DNA from: Candidatus Methylomirabilia bacterium | Lineage (GTDB): Bacteria > Methylomirabilota > Methylomirabilia > Rokubacteriales > CSP1-6 | Direction of reading: 5' to 3' | DNA length: 60,224 bases | NCBI GenBank assembly: GCA_041493605.1 | Contig: JBGPZD010000002.1 | Coordinates: forward strand, 1 to 60,224 | Shown: positions 35,893 to 46,336 of the stretch, piece after piece | Numbering within the stretch: the stretch's first letter is position 1 | Layout: every line of letters begins with the position of its first letter | Made by a program: the position numbers and the translations under genes | Notes under the pieces: model-generated | Databases searched by the model: none | Told to the model about the DNA's origin: nothing | The model's input: only the letters and a program-made list of their open reading frames with translations

Positions 35893-37170
35893 CTAGTCCC
35901 ATTTCCGCTGGTCGTCGACCTTCTTGGCGTTCTCCGGAATCGTTCCCGCCGGCACGACCTCGACCTTGCCGCGCAGCTTCATCACCTCTCGGATGGCGCT
36001 GGTCAGGGCGGTGGCCGCCGCGGCGGGATCTTTCCCGGGGGCCAGCTCCACGCGCAGGGTCAGCACGTCGTCGTGCCCCTCGCGCGTCACGACGGCCTGG
36101 GCCCGCGTCGCGCCGCCGCCCTTGGCCGCGGTCTCGTCCACCTGGCGCGGGTGGATGAACATGCCGCGCACCTTGGTCACCTCGTCCACGCGGCCGCGCC
36201 AGCCGAGCATCCGGGGCGCCGTCCGGCCGCAGGGGCACGGCGCGTCCTCGACGACGGTGAGGTCGCCGGTGCCGAAGCGGATCATCGGGTAGCCCTCGTG
36301 GCGCACGGTGGCCACGATCTCACCCAGCTGGCCGTAGCCGAGCGGCGCGCCACTCTTCGGGTCGCAGACCTGCAGGATCGCGTCGTCGACCAGGTGCATG
36401 CCGCGGGCTTGCGAGCACTCATACGCGATCATCCCCAGGTCGGCCGTGCCGAAGCCCTGTCGCGCCATGATGCCGTGCTCCTCTTGGAAGGCGCGGCGCA
36501 TGGACTCGGGGAAGGGCTCGGCACCCACCTGGGCCACCTGGAAGGGCAGCCGCCCGGCGCCCATCTCCCCGGCGCGCTTGAGGATGGTCATGAGGAAGGA
36601 CGGTGTGCCCACGTAGCCCGTGGCGCCCACGGCCTTGGCGATCGCGACCTGGGTGTCCGTGTTCCCCACGCCCGTGGGTACCACAGCGCAGCCCAGCACC
36701 TCGAGGGCTTCATCCAGCATGTGAGCGGCCGGCGTCAGGTGGTACGAGAAGGTGTTGAGCACGATGTCGCCCCGGCGGAAGCCGCCGGCGTAGAGGCCGC
36801 CCTCGGCGTGCCAGCATGCGAGCTCCGGGCCGATGGGCTCCAAGATGGGGCCGGGAGAGACGAAGATCTGGCGCACCCGGCTCATCGGCACCGTGCAAAA
36901 GCCGCCGAACGGCGGATCGGCGCGCTGGAGATCGGGCATCTCCGCCTTCTTGATCACCGGCAGCCGGGCCAGGTCGTCGACGGTGCGGAGCGCCTTGGGC
37001 GCGAGCCCGGCCTTGTCCATCCGGCGGCGGACGCCCGGGGCCTTGGCCCAGGCGTGCTCAACCAGGGCCGCGATCCACGCGTCCTGGTAGCGCCGGCGCG
37101 CCGGCGCCGGCATCGTCTCCTTCGCCTTGTCATAGAAGCCGGTAAGGCGCTTCGGGCTCACGACAGCCAC
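35893..37170 (-). CDS. Phenylacetate--CoA ligase family protein (PaaK / F390-synthetase-like)
   Basis: 425 aa, GTG start. Overall PaaK-like layout (LPVIKKAEM.., GTPSFLMTILK, RFGTGDL, C-terminal KVEVV). The start overlaps the livF-like stop by 13 nt. Confidence 0.75.
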   Translation of the reverse strand: MAVVSPKRLTGFYDKAKETMPAPARRRYQDAWIAALVEHAWAKAPGVRRRMDKAGLAPKALRTVDDLARLPVIKKAEMPDLQRADPPFGGFCTVPMSRVRQIFVSPGPILEPIGPELACWHAEGGLYAGGFRRGDIVLNTFSYHLTPAAHMLDEALEVLGCAVVPTGVGNTDTQVAIAKAVGATGYVGTPSFLMTILKRAGEMGAGRLPFQVAQVGAEPFPESMRRAFQEEHGIMARQGFGTADLGMIAYECSQARGMHLVDDAILQVCDPKSGAPLGYGQLGEIVATVRHEGYPMIRFGTGDLTVVEDAPCPCGRTAPRMLGWRGRVDEVTKVRGMFIHPRQVDETAAKGGGATRAQAVVTREGHDDVLTLRVELAPGKDPAAAATALTSAIREVMKLRGKVEVVPAGTIPENAKKVDDQRKWD

Positions 37171-37952
37171 CGCTTCCTCCGCTTGTAGTGCTTGACGGCC
37201 CGGTAGGACTTGCGCGCGCCGACCTCGGTCAGCCCCAGGTAGAACTCCTTGATGTCGGCGTTCTCCCTGAGCGCCTCCGCGGAGCCCTCCAGCACGATGC
37301 GTCCGTTTTCCATCACGTAGCCGTGCTCCGCGATGGCCAGCGCTAGGGCCGCGTTCTGCTCGACCAACAGCACCGTGAGCTTCTGCTCCCGGTTCAGGCG
37401 CTGGACGATCTCGAAGATTTCCTCGACGAGCATGGGCGCCAGCCCGAGCGAGGGCTCGTCGAGCAGCATCACCCGCGGGTCGGACATGAGCGCCCGCCCG
37501 ATGGCCAGCATCTGCTGCTCGCCGCCAGACAGATATCCCGCCTGGACCGCCCGGCGCTCCTTGAGGTGGGAAAAGTACTCGTACACGCGCTCGATGCCTT
37601 GGGTCACCCGGCGCCGGTCACCCTGGATGTGGGCGCCCGCGACCAGGTTCTCTTCCGTGGTCAGGTGTTCGAACACACGCCGGCCTTCGAAGACCTGGAC
37701 GACGCCGCGCTTGACGATTTCGTACGCCTGCAGGTGGTCGATGCGCTCGCCGCCGAGCTCGACCGAGCCCTTGGTCACCGCGCCCCGCTCGGTGCGCAAC
37801 AGACCGGAGATGGCCTTGAGCGTGGTGGTCTTCCCCGCCCCGTTGGCCCCGAGGAGAGTCGTGATGCCGGCTTCGCGGACGGTGAGCGACACGCCCTTGA
37901 GGACGAGAATCACGCCCTCGTAAATGACCTCGATGTTGTTGAGCGCGAGCAT
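37158..37952 (-). CDS. Branched-chain/HAAT-family ABC transporter ATP-binding protein (LivF-like) with basic C-terminal tail
   Basis: 264 aa. Walker A GANGAGKTT, signature LSGGEQQML, Walker B LLDEPS. Extra tail KSYRAVKHYKRRKRWLS. Confidence 0.9.
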   Translation of the reverse strand: MLALNNIEVIYEGVILVLKGVSLTVREAGITTLLGANGAGKTTTLKAISGLLRTERGAVTKGSVELGGERIDHLQAYEIVKRGVVQVFEGRRVFEHLTTEENLVAGAHIQGDRRRVTQGIERVYEYFSHLKERRAVQAGYLSGGEQQMLAIGRALMSDPRVMLLDEPSLGLAPMLVEEIFEIVQRLNREQKLTVLLVEQNAALALAIAEHGYVMENGRIVLEGSAEALRENADIKEFYLGLTEVGARKSYRAVKHYKRRKRWLS

Positions 37953-37968
37953 GGCCAGACGGCCGAGC

Positions 37969-37997
37969 GGCCCGGGAGCCGGATGGGCCCCCGGGCC
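37969..37997 (-). other. Intercistronic GC hairpin 15 nt downstream of the substrate-binding-protein gene
   Basis: GGCCCGGG..CCCGGGCC forms an 8-bp stem, with an inner 3 bp (GCC/GGC) around a 5-nt loop. Confidence 0.4.
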
Positions 37998-38011
37998 GCG
38001 GCGGTCGCTCC

Positions 38012-39250
38012 TTACTTCGCCGCCTTGATGTGCTTGGCCAGCACGTCGGGATACGACCTGTACCAGTCGGTCGCCTTGACGAACTTGCCGCCCTTCACCG
38101 TATAAACCTGCACCCAGCCGCCACCCTCGTGGTCGGTCGCCGTGATCTCGAGAGGCGGGACCAGGCCACCGAGCGTGAAGCCCTTGATCTTCTCGAAGCC
38201 GGCCTTCACGTCGGCGCCCGTGATGGTGCCGCCGGGCTTGGCCTTGAGCGCGTTGCGGATCGCCTCGACGTGGACGGCGGCGATAAGGACGCCGCGGTTG
38301 TAGAACACCGTCGACGCCATCTCCTTGGGCGGCTCCTTGCCCTCTTTCTTGTACATGTCCCGAATCTCGTTGAGCACCGGGAAGTCCGGCCCGACGCCCG
38401 CGAACTGAATCGCGTTGTAGCCCTCGGCCACCGAGAAGCCACCGGCGGCCTCGATGTCGGCCTCGGAGGCGCCCCAGACGAAGGACACGACCTTGCGCAG
38501 CGGATAGCCGATGCGCTTGAGCTCCTTGATGGACACCGACGGCGACCGCCCGAACAGATGGGCGATCACGAAGTCGGCCCGATAGCGCTGGGCGATGTCG
38601 AGCACCTGGGCGCCCATCTCGATGCCCGGAGGCGGTACCGCGAAGGTCTTGAGCTCGAAGCCCTCCTTGGCCGCCAGGTCCTCCAGAATCGGCAGGGGCT
38701 CGCGCCCGGCGGGGTTGTCATAGAAGAGGTAGGCGATCTTCTTGCCCTTGAGCCCGCCCATCTGCTTGCCGGCGAACTCCACGGCCGCCGTGCCCTGAGA
38801 CCAGTAGGTGGCCGCGATGGGGAAGATGTAGGGGTACTTCGTGCCGTCGGTCGCCGCCGCGGTGCCGAAGCCGGGTGAGGTGCCGGGGATGCGGTCCTCG
38901 GTGAGCTTGGCGGTCAGGGCCTGGGTGTGCGGGGTGCCGTAGAGGCTGATCAACACGGCGCCCTCCTTCTTGTGGCGCTCGTAGGCCTCCATGCCCTGCG
39001 GCACCTTGTACTCGTGATCGATCTCGATGGCCTTGATCTTGTAGCCCTCCACCCCGCCCTTGAAGTTCACGAGCTTGATGTAGTCGTGGTAGCCCGGGCA
39101 GAGATAGACGCCGACCGTCTGCGTCGCCCCGGTCCGGTCGCACTGCAGCCCGATCACGACCTCCTTTTGCGCTGCCGCCGGGCTCGGGTTACCGAACGTC
39201 GCTCCGGCTGCTAATAGCAGTCCGATCACAATCGCGAGGAATCGCCTCAT
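38012..39250 (-). CDS. ABC transporter substrate-binding protein (LivK/type-I PBP family)
   Basis: 412 aa. Signal peptide MRRFLAIVIGLLLAAGATFG. Paralogous to 44895..46214, sharing the C-terminal DHEGGG motif. Confidence 0.85.
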   Translation of the reverse strand: MRRFLAIVIGLLLAAGATFGNPSPAAAQKEVVIGLQCDRTGATQTVGVYLCPGYHDYIKLVNFKGGVEGYKIKAIEIDHEYKVPQGMEAYERHKKEGAVLISLYGTPHTQALTAKLTEDRIPGTSPGFGTAAATDGTKYPYIFPIAATYWSQGTAAVEFAGKQMGGLKGKKIAYLFYDNPAGREPLPILEDLAAKEGFELKTFAVPPPGIEMGAQVLDIAQRYRADFVIAHLFGRSPSVSIKELKRIGYPLRKVVSFVWGASEADIEAAGGFSVAEGYNAIQFAGVGPDFPVLNEIRDMYKKEGKEPPKEMASTVFYNRGVLIAAVHVEAIRNALKAKPGGTITGADVKAGFEKIKGFTLGGLVPPLEITATDHEGGGWVQVYTVKGGKFVKATDWYRSYPDVLAKHIKAAK

Positions 39251-39274
39251 GGGTGCTCTCCTTTCTCGCGCACG

Positions 39275-40342
39275 TCAGTACGCGAATGGCCAGACGCGGA
39301 AGTAGCTCCGGATGTTGCGCCACAGCCGGCTGAGCCCCTCGGGCTCAACGACCAGGAAAAAGATGATCAGGACGCCGAACAGGATCAGCCGCAGGTTCGG
39401 GATGATGTTGTGCACGGCGCCGGACGAGAACAGGAGCCCGCCGAAGGACTCCATCGTGAGCCGGATCACGATCGGAAGCAGGGTGACGAAAATGGCGCCG
39501 AAGATGGACCCCAGCACGGACCCCAGCCCGCCGATGATGATCATGGCCAGGTAGTCGATGGACACCGTGATCTGGAATTGCTCGTAGTTGGCGATGCCGA
39601 GGTAGTAGGTATACAGCACCCCGGTCACCCCCGCGTAGAAGGAGGAGATCGCGAAGGCCAACAGCTTGTAGCGGAAGATGTCGATGCCGATGATCTCGGC
39701 GGCGATGTCGTGGTCGCGGATCGCGATGAAAGCCCGGCCGATCCGGCTCCGCATGAGATTCAGGGTGCCAACGATGGCGAGCACGACGAAGACCAGGAGG
39801 AAGAAGTACATCTGGCGTTGGGTCGCGATCGGGTAGCCGAACAGCCGCGGCCGGGGCACCTGGATGGACGCCTGGACGCCGCCGCTGATCCAGGTGACGT
39901 GGTTGATCGTCCATTCGATGATGAGCTGGCCCGCCAAGGTCGCGATGGCGAGGTAGAGCCCCTTGATCCGGAGCGAGGGAATCCCGACGACGGCGCCGAC
40001 CAGCGCCGCCATGAGCCCGCCGGCCGGCAGCGCCACCCAGAACGGGAGGCCCAGCCGGACGACCAGATTGGCGGCGGTGTAGGCGCCCACCGACATGAAG
40101 GCGCCATGGCCGATGGAGATCTGGCCCGTGTAGCCGACCAGAATATTGAGGCCGAGGGCGCCGACCACCGCGATGGACACGAGGTTGACGATGGAGAGGT
40201 AGTAGTCGTCCACGCTGAGCGGCAGGACCAGGAACATCAGCACGGCGATGACCGCCACCGTCCACCGCGCGATCGGCAGCGGGTAGAGGGCCATGTCGGC
40301 CTCGTAGGTCGTCTTCAGAACGCCGCACTCGCGGTGGATCAT
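39275..40342 (-). CDS. HAAT-family ABC permease (LivM-like)
   Basis: 355 aa. Contains LNILVGYTGQISIGHGAFMSVGAY and SLRIKGLYLAIATL. Confidence 0.9.
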   Translation of the reverse strand: MIHRECGVLKTTYEADMALYPLPIARWTVAVIAVLMFLVLPLSVDDYYLSIVNLVSIAVVGALGLNILVGYTGQISIGHGAFMSVGAYTAANLVVRLGLPFWVALPAGGLMAALVGAVVGIPSLRIKGLYLAIATLAGQLIIEWTINHVTWISGGVQASIQVPRPRLFGYPIATQRQMYFFLLVFVVLAIVGTLNLMRSRIGRAFIAIRDHDIAAEIIGIDIFRYKLLAFAISSFYAGVTGVLYTYYLGIANYEQFQITVSIDYLAMIIIGGLGSVLGSIFGAIFVTLLPIVIRLTMESFGGLLFSSGAVHNIIPNLRLILFGVLIIFFLVVEPEGLSRLWRNIRSYFRVWPFAY

Positions 40343-40479
40343 GCTCGCTCCGCTCGCATCCCTCGAACCATTTCACCGCTCACTTCGTCACGCTCCTGGC
40401 CCGCGGAACTGTTCCAGCCCTCGCCTCGTGGCTGCGCCCCTCGGCTCGAACCGCGGACCGTGCCTCGTCTCGCACTGCG
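40343..40479 (-). repeat. Conserved livH-livM intergenic element, copy A (137 nt, with nested inverted-repeat insertion)
   Basis: Shares with copy B the blocks GCTCGCTCCGCTCGC, CCATTTCACCGCTCAC(T/C)TCGTCACGCTCCT, CGCCT(C)GTGGCT and GTGCCTCG(T/G)CTCGCA. It also carries extra sequence bounded by GGCCCGCGG (40398-40406) and CCGCGGACC (40451-40459). Confidence 0.7.
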
Positions 40480-41373
40480 CTAGACCCGCTCGATGATCGC
40501 TTTGCCGAAGATGCCGTACGGCCGGACCATCAGCGCGATGATCATCAGGACGTAGGGCACGAAGTCCTTGGTGCCTCCACCGACGTAGGGGTCGATGTAG
40601 CCGGCCGCGACGTTCTCCACGATGCCGATGATGAGCCCGCCCAGGATGGCGCCGGGCACCGAGTCCAGCCCGCCGAGGATCACCACCGGGAAGACCTTGA
40701 AGCCGACGAGAGCCAGGTGCACGTCCACCCCCAGCAGGTTGCCCCAGATGATCCCGCCCAGCGCCGACACCACGCCCGCCATGGCCCACGCCAGAGCGAA
40801 GTAGCGCTCCACGTTGATGCCCATCGCCATAGCGACCTGCTGATTGTCCGCGACTGCGCGCATGGCGATGCCCTTGCGGCTCTTGAGGAAAAACCACCCG
40901 AAGGCGCCCAGGAAGCCCAGGCTGACAAGGGCGCCGAGCAGCTGGATGGGTGGGATGAACAAGGGGCCCCACACGATCGGCTCGTCGGGAATCGGCAGCA
41001 CCAGCGGCCGGGTTTCGGCGCCAAATGTGAGCGGGCCCACCCCGCGGAGGACGGCCGCCAGTCCGATGGTGGCCATGATCACCGCGACAATCGGACGGCC
41101 GATGAGCCGGCGCAGCACCACCCGCTCGAGCCCGAAGCCGAACCCGATCATCCCGGCCAGGCCCACGATGATCGCGAGCCAGATCGGCGCGCCGTAGACC
41201 CCGAGGGCGACGGCCACCACGAAGCCCGCGATCATCACGAACTCGCCCTGGGCGAAGTTGATGGCGTCGGTGGACTTGTAGACCAGGACGAAGCCCAGCG
41301 CGATGAGCGAGTACATCAGGCCGAGCAGGATGCCGTTGGACATCAGGAGGAGAAAGAACTGCCAGTCAAACAT
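40480..41373 (-). CDS. HAAT-family ABC permease (LivH-like)
   Basis: ORF 40480..41442 trimmed to MFDWQFFLLLMSNGILLGLMYSLIALGFVLVY (ATG 41371-41373, overlapping the acyl-CoA synthetase stop by 8 nt). Contains INFAQGEF. Confidence 0.9.
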   Translation of the reverse strand: MFDWQFFLLLMSNGILLGLMYSLIALGFVLVYKSTDAINFAQGEFVMIAGFVVAVALGVYGAPIWLAIIVGLAGMIGFGFGLERVVLRRLIGRPIVAVIMATIGLAAVLRGVGPLTFGAETRPLVLPIPDEPIVWGPLFIPPIQLLGALVSLGFLGAFGWFFLKSRKGIAMRAVADNQQVAMAMGINVERYFALAWAMAGVVSALGGIIWGNLLGVDVHLALVGFKVFPVVILGGLDSVPGAILGGLIIGIVENVAAGYIDPYVGGGTKDFVPYVLMIIALMVRPYGIFGKAIIERV

Positions 41374-43274
41374 GCACGGCCGCCCCCTCGACGTCCTCGA
41401 TGCGCACCCGCGACTGGATGCTGGCCTGCCGGCCGTCCTCATAGGTGATGGACGTCGCCAGCTCGATCTCGTCCCCGCCCGAGTAGAACGCGTCGATCAC
41501 GGCGGCGTACTTTTCGGTGATGAACCGCCGCCTCACCTTCCGGGTCCGGGTCATCTCGGCGTCGTCCGCCTCCAGATCCTTGGTGAGCAGCAGGAACCGC
41601 CGGATCTTCGTCGTGTCGGGCAGCGTGGCGTTGCACTTCTGGACCTCTTCTCGAATCAGCTCCCGCACCTCTCCCTTCTGGGAGAGGTCCATATAGCTCG
41701 TGTACGGGATCCCGCGCCGCTCAGCCCAGTTGCCGACCGTGCTCAGGTCGATCGCGATCATCGCCGCGATGAACGGCCGCTCGTTCCCGAACGCGACCGC
41801 CTCGCGGATGCAGGGGCTGAACTTGAGCTTGTTCTCGATGAACTGGGGCGCGAACGGCGTGCCGTCGCTGAGCGCCCCCACGTCCTTGGCGCGGTCGATG
41901 ATGACGAGGTGTCCGCGCGGGTCGATGAACCCGGCGTCGCCCGTGTGGAACCAGCCCTCCGGGTCGATCACCTCCCGCGTCGCTTCGGGATTCTTCAGGT
42001 AGCCCTTGAAGATCACCGCGCCCCTGACGAGTACCTCGCCGCGCTCGGCGATCTTGACATCGACGCCCGGGCACGGGCGCCCCGCCGTCGTGGGGTTGGC
42101 CTCGGCGCTCGGCTGGAGCGAGACCAGACCCGTCGTTTCGGTGGAGCCGTACACCTGCTTGAGGTTGACGCCGATGGAGCGGAAGAACCGGAACGTATCC
42201 GGGCCGAGCGGAGCGCCGCCCGTCAGTGCCCACCGCACCCGCCGCAGGCCAAGCTGGTCGCGCACCGGGCCATACACGAGGAATTCGCCGATTGCGCATT
42301 GGGCGCGCAGCCACAGGGGAATGGCCTTGCCGTCGGACCGGAGGATCTCCGCCCGCTCAGCCGCCCGGCGACAGCGCTCGAACACCCGGCGCTTGAGCGG
42401 CGTGGCGTCGGCGGCGCGGACCTGAACCGACGTCAGCATGTTCTCCCAGATGCGGGGCGGCGCGAGCACCAAGGTCGGGCCGAGCTCGCGCAGATCGCGC
42501 TGGACGGTCTCGGGGCTCTCGGGGCAGTTGCAGGCGAAGCCGACGTAGAGGCTCATGATGAGCGTGTAGAACGCGTCGCCCACCCACGCCATCGGCAGGT
42601 ACGCCAGGTAATCGTCGTCAATACGGAAGTCCTCGGCGTTGGCGGCGATCTGGGCCGTCACGACGGCGTTTTCGTGGGTGAGCATCGCGCCCTTCGGGTT
42701 CCCGGTGGTCCCCGAGGTATAACAGATGAACGCCAGATCGTCCGCGGCGCCCTTCTCCACCTGGGTCTCGAAATAGCCGGGATGCTCGGCGCCGAACTTC
42801 CGGCCCAGCTCCTCGACGTCTTCGAACGAGCGCAGCCAGTCGTACCGGTAGTGGCTCATGCCGCGCGGGTCGTCGTAGATCACGTAGCGCAGGGCGGGCA
42901 GCTGGTCCCGGAGGGAAAGGACCTTGTCCACCTGCTCCTGGTCCTCGGCGACGATGACCGACACCTCGGCGTGGCTCCAGACGTACTGGAGCTCCTTGGC
43001 GATGGAGTCCTGGTAGACCGGGACCGAGACCCCGCCCAGGCACTGCGCGGCCAGCTGGGCCCAGTAGAGCCGCGGCCGGTTGTCGCCGATCACGGAAAGC
43101 TTCTCCCCGCGCGCCAGCCCCAGCGCCGCCAGCCCGAGGGTGAAGTCGCGCACGTGATTGTGGTACTGCGCCCAGGTGAAGGTCTGCCAGATCCCGCGGT
43201 CCTTCTCGCGGATGGCCGGCCGGTCGCCCAGTTCGTCGGCGTTGCGCCTCAGCAACCTGGGGAGCGTCGTCAAC

Positions 43275-43294
<20 letters not shown>
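41366..43294 (-). CDS. Long-chain acyl-CoA synthetase (AMP-forming) embedded in an ABC operon
   Basis: 642 aa. Contains YTSGTTGNPKGAM, YGSTETTG, WFHTGDAG and a C-terminal extension of about 100 aa typical of the ABC-linked ACSL group. Confidence 0.88.
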
Positions 43295-44065
<771 letters not shown>

Positions 44066-44078
<13 letters not shown>

Positions 44079-44881
44079 CGCTTCCGGCGCTTGTAATGCT
44101 TCACGTCGCGGTAGCTCTTGCGCTGCCCCACGCCGCTGAGCCCCAGGTAGAACTCCTTGATGTCCTCGTTCTCGCTGATCGTCGTGCGGTCTCCGTCCAG
44201 CACGATCCGGCCGGTCTCCATGACGTACGCGTACTGGGCCGCGCGGAGCGCCATGACGGCGTTCTGCTCGGCGAGCAGCACTGAGACCTTCTCCTCGCGA
44301 TTCAGCCGCTCGACGATCTCATAGATCTCCGCCACCAGCATCGGCGCCAGCCCCATAGAGGGCTCGTCCAGCAGCATGAGCTTGGGGCGGGCCATGAGGG
44401 CGCGCCCGATCGCGACCATCTGCTGCTCGCCGCCCGAGATATAGCCGGCCTGGCTGCCCCGCCGATCCGCGAGCCGCGGGAAATAGCCGTACACCAGATC
44501 CAGGTCCCGCTTGAGCGACCGACCGTTGCGCTGCGTGTAGGCGCCCGTGAGGAGGTTCTCCTCGACCGTGAGGTGCTCGAAGACGCGGCGCCCCTCCATC
44601 ACCTGCACGATGCCCCGCCGGACCACCTCGGCCGGGTCGCTCCGGTGGATGGGCTCGCCCAGCAGCTCGATCGAGCCCTTGGTCACGTCGCCACGCTCGG
44701 TCCGGAGCAGGCCCGAGATGGCCTTGAGCGTCGTGCTCTTGCCCGCGCCGTTGGCCCCGAGGAGGGCGACAATACCCCCCTCGGGGACGTGGAGCGACAC
44801 GCCCTTCAACACGAGGATCACGTGGTCGTAGATCACCTCGATGTTGTTGACCGAGAGCAGCGGCCGGGCGTCGTCACTCAC
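44066..44881 (-). CDS. HAAT-family ABC ATP-binding protein (LivF-like) with basic C-terminal tail
   Basis: 271 aa. Contains GANGAGKST, ISGGEQQMV and LLDEPS. The tail KSYRDVKHYKRRKRWLS is nearly identical to that of 37158..37952. Confidence 0.9.
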
Positions 44882-44894
44882 GGCACGTGACTCC

Positions 44895-46214
44895 CTACTT
44901 CTCCTTGGAGCAGTCGCGCATCGTGTAGCCGAGCTTCTTGGCCTCCTCGACGGCGGCCAACTCGAGCTTCGGGCGGACGACGTCGCGCATCGTCGGGATC
45001 CAGTCCGAGATGATCGTCCACTTCTTGCCGTCCCACTGCTCGAACATCACGGGGCCGCCGCCCTCGTGATCCTCGCAGCTGACTTTGATGGGATGCATGA
45101 AGCCCTTCATCCCGAGCTGGTCGAGGCGCTGTTCGGTGAGGTTGAGGTTCTCGAACCCCCAGCGCGCCTGCTCGCCGGTGAGCGGCTTATTGCCGTACTT
45201 GCCCATGGCCGTGCGGACGGCCTCGGCGCTGAGCATCGCGTTGACCACGCCTCGGTTGTACAGCACCTCGCCGATGCGCCCCTTCTCGCCGGCGCCCTTG
45301 CCCTTGTCGTAGACGAACTTGAGAATGTCCGCGTGGACCTTGTAGTTGCTGCCCGGCGCATGGAAGGTCGCGCCGATGTAGCCCTTGGCGCCGTCGCCGG
45401 CCGGCACCACGTCGGCGTCGCTGGCCGACCACCAGTTGCCGATGAAGTGATCCATCGGGTAGCCGATCGCCGCCGCCTCCTTGATGGCGACCTGGTTCAT
45501 CACGCCCCAACCGGACATGAAGATCCAGGCCGGGTTGATCCGGCGGACCTGGAGCCACGTGGCCTTCTGCTCCTGCCCGGGATGGTCCACCGCCAGAAGG
45601 GTCAGCTCGAAGCCGAGCCGGCGGGACAGCTCCTCGAGGGTCGGGTTCGCTTCCCTGCCATACGCACTGTTATGGTAGACGTGGACGATCTTCTTGCCCT
45701 TGAGCTTTTCTGGTCCCCCTTCTTTCTGGCCGATGTAGCGGATGACAGCGGACGCCTGGCTCCAGTAGGTCGTGGGGAAGCTGAACACCCACGGGAACCA
45801 GCGGCCGTCGGCGGCGGCGGTCATGCCGTAGCCCATGGAGAACACCGGGATCTTGTCCACCGGCGCCTTCGGAATGAGCGCATAGGTGATGGCCGTGGCG
45901 TATGGATTGGTGACGACGGCGCCCTTGCCCTTGAGCCGCTCGTAGCACTCGACGCCCTTGTCCGTCGCGTACTGTGTCTCGCACTCTTCCCACGCGACCT
46001 TCACCCCGTTGATGCCGCCGTCCCGCTCGTTGAGCAGGGCGAAGTAGTCCACGAACCCGTTGGCGATGGGCACGCCGCTGGGCGCATACGGCCCCGTGCG
46101 GTAGACCAGCAGCGGGAAGAACACCTCCTTGGCCTGCGCGAATGCGACCCCCGCCAACGGCCCGACGGCGAGCGCCGCGACCAGCAGCGTGATCAACCAG
46201 GTTCTTGCTCTCAT
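44895..46214 (-). CDS. ABC transporter substrate-binding protein (LivK/type-I PBP family)
   Basis: ORF 44895..46385 trimmed to MRARTWLITLLVAALAVGPLAGVAFA (signal peptide; ATG 46212-46214, with GGAGGAG upstream). Confidence 0.85.
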   Translation of the reverse strand: MRARTWLITLLVAALAVGPLAGVAFAQAKEVFFPLLVYRTGPYAPSGVPIANGFVDYFALLNERDGGINGVKVAWEECETQYATDKGVECYERLKGKGAVVTNPYATAITYALIPKAPVDKIPVFSMGYGMTAAADGRWFPWVFSFPTTYWSQASAVIRYIGQKEGGPEKLKGKKIVHVYHNSAYGREANPTLEELSRRLGFELTLLAVDHPGQEQKATWLQVRRINPAWIFMSGWGVMNQVAIKEAAAIGYPMDHFIGNWWSASDADVVPAGDGAKGYIGATFHAPGSNYKVHADILKFVYDKGKGAGEKGRIGEVLYNRGVVNAMLSAEAVRTAMGKYGNKPLTGEQARWGFENLNLTEQRLDQLGMKGFMHPIKVSCEDHEGGGPVMFEQWDGKKWTIISDWIPTMRDVVRPKLELAAVEEAKKLGYTMRDCSKEK

Positions 46215-46336
46215 GCTCTCCTCCAGTATGGTTAGTGGTGACTCTTCCCGGCCCCAATGCGCGGGAGGCCCGACTCGACCCGGTACTTCGACTTCGCGAT
46301 AACCACCTCCTCGCCGCGATCCTCCGGGCCGCCCCC

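Noticed and set aside
46215-46336. 122-nt spacer between livM and the SBP gene of module 2, considered as a candidate regulatory RNA.
   Set aside because: I found no stable hairpin, no similarity to the module-1 counterpart (a 24-nt gap), and no mini-ORF. It may simply hold an internal promoter and RBS (GGAGGAG) for the SBP gene.
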